Assembly: GCA_964276515.1 (NCBI GenBank)
Contig: OZ193909.1
Location: forward strand, 21,390,001 to 21,454,000
Direction: 5' to 3'
Origin: Gordius albopunctatus
Taxonomy: Eukaryota
Length of the DNA: 64,000 nucleotides
Shown here: in pieces, positions 40,501 to 55,585 of the stretch
Layout: every line of letters starts with the position of its first letter
Numbering within the stretch: position 1 is the stretch's first letter
Notes under the pieces: generated by a model
Seen by the model: only the letters and a program-made list of their open reading frames with translations
The model's database searches: none
Told to the model about the DNA's origin: nothing
Program-made: the position numbers and the translations under genes

Positions 40501-42276
40501 TTGTGAAATAGTAATTCTCATCACTCTTAAACTCAATCATTGTAAAGCATCCATCCAAATTTAATCCCCAGCTATGTAGAGCTCTTGAGAAGAATGCCTC
40601 ATCGGTATAAACACATCTTCTCTCAAAAACTCTGGGGGGCTAAATTCGTAAAATTTAAATAGATATTTGCATACAATTCATTGAATTACGATTCTAAAAA
40701 TACTCTTTGGGGTAAAAACGGATTTCATACAAAAATTAATTATATTATTCACCATTTTGATATTATACATAGATATAGACGAATGTGAGAGATCGCCGGA
40801 GGTGTGCCCGGCCAAGCATTACTGCACAAACACGTACGGCTCCTATAAATGCTCAAGTAATATATATATATACATACATATATACAGGACGGACAACTAG
40901 GGCCCTGCCTGCGAAATTAAATTTTATCGGCCCGAAACTTTTTCTATTTTTTGCCCCAGCCCGATTTGTTTTTTTCACTCAGGCCCGGCCCCACTTTTGT
41001 AAAAATGTAAATTTGTACAAATTTTATTTCAAAAATTTATTCTAAATATTTATTTGTAGAGGGATTATTTTGTATTGTAATTATTCAAATTTTTTTCGGG
41101 CTCGGGCTGGCCCATCAGGCCCGATCAATGTTTAAAAATTTGCCAGAGCCCGGCCCGAAAGCCCGTCGGGCCGGGCCGAACTCGGGCGGCCCGTGCAGGG
41201 CCCTACGGACAACCAAAACCGAGCCCCTAAATTGCATAGCAATTAATATATATTTAGCTCTAGCCCCCCCCTTAAGCATCAGTAATCAGCTGGACGGTTT
41301 GAAAGAGAATTTAAGGAATTAACTTTTATACTTGTAGAGAAAGTTGAACGGGTTCCTAATGGTTTTGAGTGAGTTTTTTAGGGGTTTAAAATTATTAAAA
41401 TCATAAATTCTTAGAATGTCATTCCAGTTGCGAAGCTTGCGCGGGTACATCTAGAAACTGTACAGTTTGCGCGTCCGGTTACGAAACTACTACAACCGAA
41501 GGAGAGTGTGCAGATATAGACGAATGCGGAGGCGCTCTCGAGCAGAGCGTCGCGCCGCTGTGTCCCGACCATCAGGTTTGCAAAAATTTACCCGGCACTT
41601 ATGAATGCGTTGACGCTCCGGTCCAACCCCAGAGCGTAGACCCTGACACCACTCCTTCATCTCCAACGGGAGAAGAAGGTAGGTCCACTGAAAATGTTTA
41701 TAAAATTTTAGGGTAGGTTTGAAAAGCTTAACCCTTGGAATTCATTTTAAGGTCTCCATAAAGACTTATCATCATTAATAAAGTTGGATACAAGTTAAAA
41801 TACCCATAAATTTTTGTAACTCATTTGTGCAACAAAATTTTTTATTGCATCTACAGTGTAACACATAAAGATCTTTCTGTAGATGAGGGATAAAGGTATA
41901 CAGCAGCTTATGTTTTTGGCTTGATTAAGCGACTGCTCGCCCCAATTAGTATTTGCCACATCCTAAAGTGTCAAAATTGTGCTAAATTAGAGGAAGTGCA
42001 TCAAATCATCTCCATACTCTTCAATTATTAAGACGGGGGGGGGGGGGGTTAGGCAAGATATGCAGCGCTTTTTTAAACTTAGCATCAAGATTAAACCAGC
42101 ACTGAAAAAGACAGTTTAACAATCCAGAAGTGGTGGTCGTCAGTTTGAATTTCATACAAAAACATTCTTAAGATAGCATAACATATTTATTAATAAACAA
42201 GATTCTTCATTTATATACATTTATAACGATATATACAAAAGAGGTAAATGGTGCCGACGAGAAGGAAGAATTATAA
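37575..42276 (+). CDS. CRELD2: Cysteine-rich with EGF-like domain protein, soluble ER type (CRELD2-like), about 350 aa, 10 exons
   Basis: Exons 37575-37673, 37716-37798, 37839-37893, 37965-38073, 38341-38435, 39646-39772, 40305-40406, 40773-40856, 41415-41678, 42242-42276. Signal peptide, CNTC, NYGGGNTNWEE, LEGWW..DWLCVITLKECC, EGF/furin repeats, two DIDEC calcium-binding EGFs, C-terminal KEEL*, and no TM segments. Confidence 0.93.
38824..39464. mobile_element. Foldback MITE (about 145-bp TIRs, CAC..GTG ends, piggyBac-like) in CRELD intron 5
   Basis: 38824-38967 and 39309-39464 are near-perfect inverted repeats; flanks resemble a degenerate TTAA. Related single arms lie near 13410-13500 and 61460-61520. 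Confidence 0.75.
40898..41205. mobile_element. hAT-type MITE TAGGGCCCTGC...GCAGGGCCCTA
   Basis: 11-bp TIR, perfect 8-bp TSD CGGACAAC, and GGCCCG subterminal repeats. Decayed relatives lie near 11130-11252, 16980-17221, 26880-26965 and 33160-33470. Confidence 0.92.
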
Positions 42277-42500
42277 AAACCATATATCACGATGAAAACA
42301 AGTGCATCTCGCTACCATGCCTATGAGATACTCCACTCTCACACACACCAAATATTTTATAGCGATCTTTATGAGAGTCCATCAAGATCATCTGTCTCCA
42401 TTCCCTTACCTTCGCGCTACTACGATTCGTTTGTTTTATAGTTAAAATATTATTTTTAATAATTAAAATGAAGAGAAGAGACGTCGTCATTGATTTTTCA

Positions 42501-44180
<1,680 letters not shown>

Positions 44181-46226
44181 CTGCCCGAGTGAATTTGATA
44201 TTTTGAAATGAGTGAATACGGGGAATCCAGTTAAAAATACCAAGTTACAAAATACCAAGTAAATGTATGTATCACATTAAAATTTAAAAATATCATGTGA
44301 TTTTATTTAGTATAAAGAATAAAACTATTTTAAAGGTATAGATATATTTTTATTGTTATATTAGCTAAATGAATATAACAAATTGTTATGTAGACTATTG
44401 TATTTAATTATTTACGTTAATACTATAAATTATTGTTGAAATCGCACAGAACAAGTTCACAATAATACGATATCATATCATGCTATAGTTTATGAAGTAA
44501 TAGTAGGTTATTTTGTTCCACTCCTAAATTTTAAAAGGGTGTCAAAGCCTTTTAATGTAAGGGTTAAAATATAGCGAATGTTTATATCTGAATGTAATAT
44601 TAAGTAGAAAATTGTTTAAAATTTTCATTAGTACTGTGGCGTTTAATAAATTTGAGAGATAATGTAATAGGTATACTAAAATAAATCGCATTAGTACATT
44701 AGCAACAAAAAACTATGCAAACATTAGCGTAATTTAGTCAAACTTTTGATATATTGTTGGTACGGCATAAGACTTTAATGCCAATCAATTAAAAAAGTAT
44801 GAATATGCTATATTATACTGTTATGAAGGCTAGTTTTTTAGGCCTATTCGAATGAGCTTAGTTATTGTTGTAGCCGTGGTTAAGTAGTTAAATCACTTAA
44901 CATTCACGCGCCTATGCTAATGAGATAGCGTTTTGTATCTTGCCCATTAATGGGGAGAATAATTAGCGTGTGACTAAATGGTAATTTAGGTTGGTTATGT
45001 GAATAGACGTGCACTAGTTAGAAGCAGACGTCGAGCGGTCGGCAGCTCTCATTCAAATTGAGAGCCGCATCGACTGTGATAAAAGGCTGGATTGTACACT
45101 GTTTTTTAATCATATATTGTTTTCTTCTTTCTGTGTAGTAACAGCGATTATCAACCGAGAAAAAGAAGTCCCTTGATCCAATACCTCCACCGACTCGTAG
45201 ACGTCCCCATTTTTAGCGATTAAGTTCACGGATAATTCCTCACGGCCTTCGTCCAACTTATATTTCATTATTACCTGTTCAATATTTTATTTATCGGGAT
45301 TATAACACACATTCGTCCAATATTGTTGATACTATTACTGGCACTAATAAAAAATTGTCGCATTGGGTTAATTCAAGTATGTTATTGCTAATGATTGACG
45401 CTTTCTAATTAAGCATAATGCCATAGAAATTACTACTTATGGAATTACAATTGAATGTCATGGCTATCTTTTTACTTGTAAGGACTAAATGTTTTAAGTT
45501 TTATTTAAAGAGGGATGGGGGCAAAACCCTTAACAGGTTTATATTGTATAGTATAAAAATTGCTGCAAAACACTTTTTGAAATACATTAATATATCAGAT
45601 TTACAAATTGATATTACTGAAAAACTAAACCTGAGACAGCCATACAAATTCTAATCCTAATTTAACTATATATATTGCAGGAACTTGAATGTTTACTAAT
45701 AATTTAAGACAAAAGTTTTATTTCGAAATAAAGAAATCAATTTTCACACGGTTGATCATGCGATTCTAAATGTAAATAATCAGCGATATTATCGGAATAA
45801 GGTTGATAAGGCACCATTAGGTTTAGATTTGACGGTTCCATTCAATACAAACTACAGAAATCATGACAATAGAAGTTGATTCAACTATTTCAGCTATATT
45901 ATTCCGTTTTTAAGGCTTTATTACCCAAATTTATAATTATTGTGTGGTTTGTGGTACGCCACGAATACTAGCAAGGGTTGAAGAGGGATGGGGGCTAAGC
46001 CAAACGATTATTTTTAAGGGTCTATTTTTCTGTATTCAAGTATAGATAGTAATTAAGTCTGAAGTAGTTAATAAAGAACATAGTAAAAATTTATTATATT
46101 AATTAACACATGGTTCTTCGTGCGATTGAAGGTGTAAATAATTCGCGACATTATCGGTATAAGAAAAAATATCAATAACATTAATATTATTTTTATAGTT
46201 ATTAATTAAGCGATTAATGTGAAAAT

Positions 46227-47110
46227 TTAACATTTGATATTTTTATTATTATAAAAAATTTGTTTGCCTTGATTAATATGTACGATATTGATATCGTTAA
46301 TTTCTTGTACGGCTAAAAGACTTTCGATAAATGAATCTATCACTGGATTGGCTATTCCAATTAGACACTTTAATCCATGGTGATAGCCCTCCAAATGATT
46401 ATTTGTCCGAGGGGCTTCGGCCTCAAGCCTCTCCCACATGCCGTAGGAAAACATGGCACTGGGGCCTACCCATGTATTCTTTATATATTCGAACCATTCA
46501 GATGTCTCTGAGGTCATTGAATTTTGCCTTACACACTCATTATACACCACAACGACGTGTTCTGGCGCCAAAAATGGAAGAGCCAATACCTTTCGCACAC
46601 ATTTTCTAAAAGTCCTATTATTCTTATACAAATCTGTTAATCCCAATGATCTCATCTTCCTGAATATGGCCTGGGAGAAATGAAAAACACATCCTCAAAA
46701 TTTAAATTAGGAAAAAAAAGTTGTAAATATACCCTTCAAAACAGCGTTTGGGAATAAATCATTCAAAGCCCTTATACTAGCTTGCTCAAAGTCTACTTGA
46801 ACATATTGAGGGAGCAATAATAAATGATGTTCGGAGCAAACATCCTTAATAATTTCAAAGAGTAAATTGTAGGTTGCTTGGGACTTGTCCGGTAATAGTG
46901 CAAATATTACCGGCATCATATGCTCTTTATAATAGCAATGAACTGTATAGACCTATGGCGATAAAATTAATAATTATTCATTTAAATATATATACTTGTT
47001 TAAAGAGTTGGGGACATACATAGTATGTCCCATCGGCATAGAAATTTCCGGCTTCACATAAGATTTTTAAGGTCCCAGGGGTGCCAAAGACCAAGAGTTT
47101 ACTACGATGG
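46227..47110 (-). pseudogene. MULE transposase catalytic core with two short introns; N-terminus disrupted
   Basis: FYADGTYYVCPQLFKQ|VYTVH..PVIFALLPDKS..VDFEQASIRAL..LKG|CVFHFSQAI..RTNNHLEGYHH. Introns 46953-46995 and 46694-46732; DDE residues present. Confidence 0.87.
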
Positions 47111-47366
47111 TTGTGCAATATCCTTCACTGCCTTCAAATGGCAGCGGACATCAAACGTTACAAAATCAGAGTTCTTCGAAACATTATTTTATCTACAAAC
47201 AATTGTTTAACAGAAACTAATCTAAACTTTAAAAAATAATCAAACTAATGTCAACATAAACTTAGCTTAATTCTAGCTTGTGTTTATAATAGCAATATAT
47301 TGCGGCGATAGATAAATAAATTGTCATAAATAATTTAATTGGACCATATGAAAAATATACAAGATA

Positions 47367-50300
47367 TTTAGTGAGAGGGGATGAATATAATTTATTACAT
47401 GATAAAAAGAACAATGATGCGAAACTTATAAAATGGCGAGCTCATATAGCAATATATAACGATAACATTCAAATGAAAGTTAATTCTCTGTGTGTGTATT
47501 CTTTCTATTTTCACCTTGTACGTATTACAACCATATCTCTTCCAAAGTAACTGTAATTTGTTTCCCTACAGATACTCCCACTATAAAAAAGTAAATATAT
47601 ATATACATTAAAATTTATAAGAAGAAAATTTTTTTGGATTTGTTATAGTTCTTCCATGTCTAGAAATTTGTTGATGGACAGGTAAAGTGTTACTATCATC
47701 TTCTTTTGTTTCAATCCATGCTGGTTTGAGCCTGTCAATTGATATGGTTTCCTCTTTATTACCCTTTTCCACTATGAAAAATTTCTTTCTCCTTTTTAGT
47801 ACTTTAAAGGGTCCATCATATGGGGGTTGTAAAGATTTTCTGACCGTGTCATTGCGCACAAAAACATAATCTGATGTTTTTCAATTGTTAGGGATATATT
47901 CCTTCTTATCATGTCTTCTGGTAGGGCAAAATTTTAAATTTTGCATTATTTCTTTAAGTCTAATTACATAACCTTGTTTTGATGAGTCTATGAACGATTT
48001 TTGAAAATATTCCCCTGGTAGCCTTAACGTCGTCCCATAAACCATCTCCGAAGGAGTGTATCCAATATCTTCTTTGATTTTCGACCTAATGCTGAGAAGA
48101 ATTAATGATAGTGTTTCACTCCATTTTGTCGTATCTTCTTGTGTCATGATGGAATCTTTTAATTGCCTATGAAAGCGCTCAACTAAACCATTAAAACACG
48201 GGTGGTAGGCTGTAGTTTTGATTTGGTCAGATCCTAATGTGCATGATAATTCTCGAAATAAACAGGATGTAAATTGAGCACCTCCATCAGTAGTTATTAC
48301 CTCTGGGACACCAAAGTTAGCAATCCAGTGTTAAATAAATATTCTTGCTAAATTTTCGGCTGATATCTCGTTGATTAGTATTGCGATTGGCCTTCTCGTA
48401 AAGCGATCGATTGCTGTAAAAATATAGGTGTAGTGAGATGAAGGTGGCAAAGGGCCTACCACATCCAAATGCACGTGACTGAACCTTTTGTCGGTGTTCT
48501 CAAAAATGCCAGGTGAAGTGATGGTGTGTTTGTTTGCCTTAGACTTTTGACATTTTATGCATTCTTTTGTCCAATTCCGAATATCTTTGCTTATCGATGG
48601 CCACACAAAACTGCGAGTAATTAGTCTTTGAGTTGCCCGAATCCCGGATATGAGAGAGAGTGAAAATGATCGAAGAAATTCTTTCTCAGTCTTGTAGGTA
48701 TAAGTGGTCGCGGTGAACCTGTCGATGTGTCACAAATAATGTCTTCTTGGCAACCAGGGCTTTTTAATTTTACGAGACGTAAAGATTTTGTGTTGAGCAA
48801 TAACTAAGTATCATTCTTTTGGTTCAAAACTATTTGACTCTCATTAGGAAAAATAGGTAAAGTTAAAAAAGTTATGTCTGATCGAGATAATGTGTCCGCT
48901 GTAATATTACTATTGCCTTTTATGAAGCGAATGTCAGCACTGAATTGAGAGACATAATCTAAATGTCGGATTTCTCTGGGTGAATGACGATCAATTTTTG
49001 CCTGGAAAGCATAAATTAAAGGTTTATGATCCGTAAATATAGTAAAATTGCGTCCCTCTAGTATGTGTTTGAAATGTTTAATCGCCAGAAAAATAGCTAG
49101 TAATTATCGACCAAATGTACTATAGCGTGTTTGAGCTATTGATAATTTTTGAGAAAAAAAGGCTAATGGTTCTTGTTTGTTATTGCTTACCTGATGCAAA
49201 ACTCCCCCAACTGCTATGTTCGAAGCATCTGTGGTTAATGTTAACCAACTGTTTGATTTCAAAAATCCTAAATTAGTTGCTTTAATTTACTTTGTTTTAA
49301 GAGATTAAATGAATTCATTTATGCCTCCATTATTTTAATATCTTTCTCATCATTGTTTAATAAGTCGGTAAGTGGTTTCGAAATTGAAGCAAAATTTGGT
49401 ATAAAACGTCTATAAAAATTCACCATACCTAAAAAGCGCTTCAAACTCCTCATTTTTTGACGAATCGGAAAATCCCTAATTGCATCAATTTTGTTTGACA
49501 AGAGGCGTATGCCATTTTGATCGACATGATGACCGATAAAGTTTAATGATTTTATCCCCAAAGAACATTTTGATAGATTTATACGAATACCGTATGTTTG
49601 TAATCGTTTAAAAACTGTTGAGAGGTGTAATTTGTGTTCATGTTCTGTGGAACTGGCGATAAGTATATCATCGATGTGAGCATACACAAAGTCCAAACCA
49701 TTAAAAATGTTATCTATGAGGCACTGAAATGTTTGTGCTGCGTTCCGCACTCCGAACGGCATTATTACAAATTCAAACAGCCCAAAAGGTGTTGTGATTG
49801 CGGTCTTCGGGATGTCCTCTGGTTTTACTAAATCCAACTTTGAAAAAATGCATTTGCCTGTTAGATTTAAAGCGAAATCATATAGATGTGGGATGGGGTA
49901 TCTATCAGGTTTTGTTGCTTACTTAAGCATTCTAAAATCTCCACATAAACGCCATGTCCCTGGGGTCTCTTTTGGGACCATATGTAAGGGGGATGACCAT
50001 TTACTATGTGAGGGTCTTATTATGCCTATTCTACTCATCTCTTCAAATTCTTTTTTGCTATTTTAAATTTTTCGGGGTTTAAACGTCGTGGAGAACAATG
50101 TATCGCTGGTCCTTTTGTTATTATATGGTGTTGGGTATTATGTTTCACTTTGTCATTAAAATCTGGTGGCTTTATAATATCCGGAAATTGTTTTAATATA
50201 GAGTAAAAATCATTATCCTGTGGAATTGGGCTGTTTATAGATGACATTGAGTAATTGGTTATATTCGATAATTTTAGAGAATAATTTTGTGGATTAATTA

Positions 50301-51567
50301 TGCCTTTATTTTTAACATCAATTATTAAGCCAAAGTGTGATATAAAATCTGAACCTAATATCGGTGAATGAACATCTGCGATCAAAAAAGTCAATTTAAA
50401 TTCTCTTTTTAACCCTATATCGAATGGTAACGATATTTGACCGTAAGTATTTATATTGCTCGAATCTGCTGCTTTTACACATAATTCATTTAATGTTACT
50501 TTCGTTTTTGCTGTTGGTGGAATTACGCTGATTTGGGCTCCCGTATCAATCAGATAACGTAAACCTGATATTTTGTCAAACACATAGAAAAGGCCATTAT
50601 GTTGATATGGCCGGATCCAGCTATCGCCTTTACTGGTAGGCCTGCTTTTTTAACCCTTTTCCAAAATAACATGGTTGGACACACTTCCTGGCGTTTGATC
50701 ACCAGGTGTCATAATACCAGCACCATGGTCTGTTGTTCGAAATCCCAGATGGGTGAAAAGGGGTCTGGGATTGACCTATCTTTTCTAATGTCCTATTTAG
50801 AGCCGATAAAACTTCTGTTAGTTATTTAGGATATGCATCAGTGGAGTGTTCTTTTGGGTTATGAATGTTATTAACATAATTAGTTTTTTTGGTCAGCACG
50901 ATGCGGTCGGCTGTTTCAGCCGATTTCTCCAGTGCAGTATGGGAATAAGTTCACAAGGCAATTTGTTGAGCCAGAGTTCCTTTAGAATCGTTTGGTCAAG
51001 AACATATGTTCCCACTAAACTCTTCATTTATCGTAAAAGCTGAGATGGGGATCTATCCCCTAAATCCACTGCCGTTAGAAATTACATCAATCTTGATTCA
51101 TCTGAGTCGCCGACCCTCTTGAAAAGTGCTTGTTTGAGTTTCTGAAATGGTTGATCAGGTGGGATATTAATTATTAAATCCTCTACCTCTTCAGCGATTT
51201 TGGGTGGTACCGTTTCAAGAATGTAACCAAATTTTGATTTTTCGGAGGTAATTCTTCCTGTCTGAAATACGGCCTCTGCCTGGGCCAGTCAAACTCTAAC
51301 ATTTCTGCGATAAAATGTGGGTATTTTTAGCTGTATAGTTGCTTCACATTCCTGTTTATTTTCCATTTGAATAAATAATATTTAGAAAAAAAAATATTGT
51401 TTGCGAGCGGTAACTAATTAATCCATGAGATTGTCGGGGAGAAAACAGAACGGGGTCACCATTTTTAGTGAGAGGGGAGGAATATAATTTATTACATGAT
51501 AAAAAGAACAATGATGTGAAACTTATAAAATGGCGAGGTGTGTGTATTGTTTCTATTTTCACCTTAG
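47367..51567 (-). mobile_element. Second CsRn1-like Ty3/Gypsy element, full domain set but heavily mutated
   Basis: 3' LTR 47367-47570 (TGTAGGG..CACTAAA); truncated 5' LTR about 51464-51567; PBS TGGTGACCCC at 51452-51461. LIDTGA protease, HIDD RT, RNase H (TTDAS, FTDHKPL) and integrase with YDGPF; many frameshifts. Confidence 0.93.
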
Positions 51568-51605
51568 ACTTGCCCTCCAATAGATCCTCGTTAAAGGATT
51601 TAAAG

Positions 51606-52620
51606 TAGTGCTGTAAACATTTGTAAAAAAATCGAACGCGTTCACGTTCACGTTCGTCTAAAAAGAAAAGGAACGCGTTCACGTTCATGAACGCGTTCAC
51701 GTTCGTTCAAAATTTTATGATACATTTTTTTAAAGTTTAATTTAATATAAATAAATGTCTTATATTTTTTAATACAATAAATAGCCATGATAAAAAATAA
51801 TAGTTTTATTTCGACAATATAATTATAAATCAATATAATCTATTTTCTTATTTAATTTTAATAATAACTGTTTTTCAAAATTGTTTTCTGATAAGCAGGA
51901 ACGCTTGGCAGTTAATACAGCATTAGCTATACTAAAAACGTGCTCCACAGGGGCAGATGAGGGGATTGGAGTATTATTATACTTAATAAACAAATTTTAA
52001 AGGAGGAAATTTATTAAAAACTCTAAATGTTTTGTCCCTCGCTTCAAAAAATTGCGACAAGATATCATCCTCCAATGCGCCCTCTACTTCCTCGCCAAAA
52101 AATGATATCTCGGAATTGACAGCTCTTTCATTATCAATTCTAGGGGTTTCAATCCCTTTTTTCAATAACACTAAAAGTTTATTCTTTATAGGTTCATTTT
52201 AATTATTGAATTTGATCTTTTATATGAAACGAGTGAAAAATATTTTTCATATTTTGGCCATGGCAATTTCAATTCATCTGCTGATTTTGAATATTCAGAA
52301 TCTGAAGATGACGACGATATAATATTATGATTGTCCATATTAACCTATAAATCAAACTATAATTAATAATATCAAACTAATTAACTTTAATCTTATCTTC
52401 TTTTGCACGTTATAGTATGTTAAAAGTATTTCGGAATTGGTAAAAGGAAACAGGAAAAACAGCTGATTAAAAAATATAATACTTTTTTGTTAAAAATTCG
52501 AATTGACATTAATTTTAAAATAAATAAAAACAAAAAAGGATTTTTAAAATTGAACGAACGTTAAATTTGAACGCGTTCATCAAAAAAGGAACGCGTTAAC
52601 GTTCAAAGTTCACCAAAAAA
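51606..52620 (-). mobile_element. Internally deleted hAT copy, inverted relative to 55586-57495
   Basis: Starts with the TIR TAGTGCTGTAAAC. It is the reverse complement of about 56895-57495 fused at about 52200 to about 55650-56060, with GAACGCGTTC subterminal repeats. Confidence 0.9.
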
Positions 52621-52649
52621 TATTAGTAAATAATTTGTACTTATATTTA

Positions 52650-53595
52650 CATCTCGATCTCGTCTCGAAAAAAAGAGAGAGACTTTGAAAAATTGGATTG
52701 AGATCGAGACGAGAATTTCGACCTCGAGATTAGACGATGTCAGATTTTTTCGGTGATATCTCGGATTTAAAATTTCTTAATTGATCATCATAATCAATAT
52801 AGTAAATTTATTTAGACATTTTTTATTTTGCAATTCAGATTAAGGATGTTTAATGTAAATTAATATAATTGAAGTACTTTTAATTTTAGCTCGTTGAATA
52901 AAATATGAGTGGCCCTTAAAATATGTAGATAATTTTTACAAATATTTATTGCATATTTATATTCTTAGCATTAAAATATCATATTAACAGACAGACTTAA
53001 AATGAGATTTGAAGAAGTAATAAATTATTCCAAAAGCATCTTCAAATTTCACAGCAATTAATCATCCTGTCTGATGCGATGATATTTTAAATCGGTGATT
53101 AATTAATTAAAATAATTTTATAAATTGGGTTACATAGGCCAAAGAATTTTTTATGCAACTAAGCAACTTCTGTGCCTGCCGAACGTTAACCTAAACCGAA
53201 TTAGATTAAATGATTATACTAGGAGACTTTTGTTGAACTCATGTTAAACCTCTAAAATTCTCAGGCCATAAATAACATTATGTATTTGTTTTGCCATTTG
53301 AATTACCTTTCACATTATAGAGGTAGAATTGGCAAGTGAACTCTTCTAATACACTCAATTTTCTGTGCGATTTTGCGCTACACTAAAATATATGAGCATA
53401 AGCTTTATCAATAAAACAATTTTAGGCTTATTTTAAAAATGGGGTAATTAAATATTTTGGGACAGGGTCTTACACTATAATAGAATCGTTTAATTTTTGA
53501 ATACAAAAGTATTTGGTATAAAATTATATATTATTCTTACCAGTAACAATGCTACTTTAATTGTTGTTTTTACAACGTTATAATGTCTGCAGCTA
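52650..53595. mobile_element. Diverged copy of the GAGAC-repeat hAT-type element; another partial copy at 55213-55576
   Basis: GAGATCGAGACGAGA arrays and colinear similarity to the reverse complement of about 34560-35341. The 55213 copy begins TAGTGATGCG. Confidence 0.65.
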
Positions 53596-54429
53596 AATAA
53601 AAAAAACTAGTTCAAGTTCTTAGTTCACAGTTTAAAAATGAACTAGTTCGAGTTCCATTCATTTTTTTAAATGTATTTTAGAATTTTAATACTGTCGCAT
53701 GGTTTTTAAAAAAATGTTATATCTCATGAAAAATCTAAGTCCAATCCGCAATTTTTAAAACTAAAAATCTATGAATCAAATTTTTATTGATATTTGAGTT
53801 TAATTATTTAAACTTATTATTGGTTATTTAAATTTAAAATTTGTTAAATTAGAAATAGTCCATTATAAAATCTAAATAATATTTTATATACAACAAGCTT
53901 TTCCTATAAAACTAAATCAGCTATATAATTTTGAAAAACAATTTCATGCGTAATTATTACTTCAATGATTTTCCTAGCGTAGCATATACAACAAGGCATA
54001 TTGAATCAATAATTTGGATCATAAAATCTTTTTCTTTTTGATATCGATAATAATATTATTTCTGGGTAATAATGTAAAATAGGCATTCACATGCGCGTTT
54101 AATTATTTCAAAGTTTAGAACATTATTCGCAGTTGACATATTTTCGGGGCCGGCATTCTGACTTAAATGTGTTTGCCCTGCTGGTCCAATAGAACTATTG
54201 CCCTTTCAACTTATAAGAATCGTATGCCCCGAATTTATTATTCCGTCGGAATAGGAGAGTAAAGGAGACAACAATATCCCTATTTAGGAGTGCCGTAATT
54301 AACTTAAAAGTTTACTCTAAATAGTGCCATCTAGAGACAATCTTAATTAGAGAATAATTTGGCTATATATCCCTATCTTTTTTAGCAATGCGGTTATTAT
54401 TACCTCCTTCAAAAATATTAGCAACCCTC

Positions 54430-54720
54430 AATCGTTGCTTACAAAAAACCTATAGCCTATGCTTCATGCACGTTAAATGAATTCAAAAAGCGTTATTCAA
54501 CTATTGATCAAGAGCTAGAGCGAGTGAGGGTTGATAAGTTTAATCAATATTTACGCGACGTAAATTTAAGTTGATGACGGATCATAAAACATTAGAAAGA
54601 TAATTTGGGAAAAACCGTGATTTACCCAAAGTGGTGAATAACAGATTGATTCGCTGTAGACTTGTGCTGACTTTCTTCAACTCCATGAGTTTCTGCTCGG
54701 CCCTCGAGCATTTTTATATG
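54430..54720 (+). pseudogene. Gypsy (Mag-like) RNase H fragment
   Basis: KPIAYASCTLN..KRYSTIDQE..KFNQYL..KLMTDHKTLER*FGKNRDLPKVVNNRLIR, read across frameshifts. Confidence 0.7.
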
Positions 54721-55585
54721 CAACTGTTCTGCCTAATGCACCCAACAGCAAGCACATATTGTGCAACGCGCATATTAAGCAACTCATTGTGCGTGCTCGC
54801 GTCTGGAGTTTGGAGAAAGTTAGCAATTTAACAACTTTAATTCGCTGAACTCTATTCTTAAATGCCTAATATAGAATCGAAAAAAAAAATCAATGCGTCG
54901 ATGCATTGTCTAGGCTCCCCAATCCTAAAGATACTAATACGAAATACCTAAATAATATAGGACTATTAATGTTATAATGAAAGATTGGACAGCTTATCAA
55001 TCGTTATTCTTTATCCTGCGAATAATTTCGTCGATAAAACGAGAATAAACTCGATTTAATAAAATGCTTATTTGATTTAAGACCTTATTTAAGCGTAGAG
55101 ACGAATTATCATTATAGATTATTATATAATGGAAATCGTTTGATTATAACAAACAATCTTCGAAGGCTTGTTTTAAAGATATTACATCAAAGGAACTCTG
55201 GTATGACGGGAATAGTGATGCGAACGCGACGAGATTTTGAAAATCTGACTTTCGATATCGAGACGAGATTATTTTGGCTAGATCTCGGGTTTTTATGATC
55301 ATTAGATTTTAGTATATTATTGTGCATTTAAATTTGCATGATTAAAATTTAAGGTATTATATGTATATCAATATGTCTGAAATATATTTGATATTAAAAA
55401 AAGACCTAAGGGTAGTAAATATTATTCATTAAGAAAAATTTAAAATTTGGCAATCCTTTACCTAGGCATGGATGGCCCTTGAGGTATTCGATTAATTTAA
55501 TAATATATTTATCACATAATTGTATCCATCGCATGATTAAATATTTTAAAATTTTAGGTTTGAGATGAGTACTGATGGACTGAAG

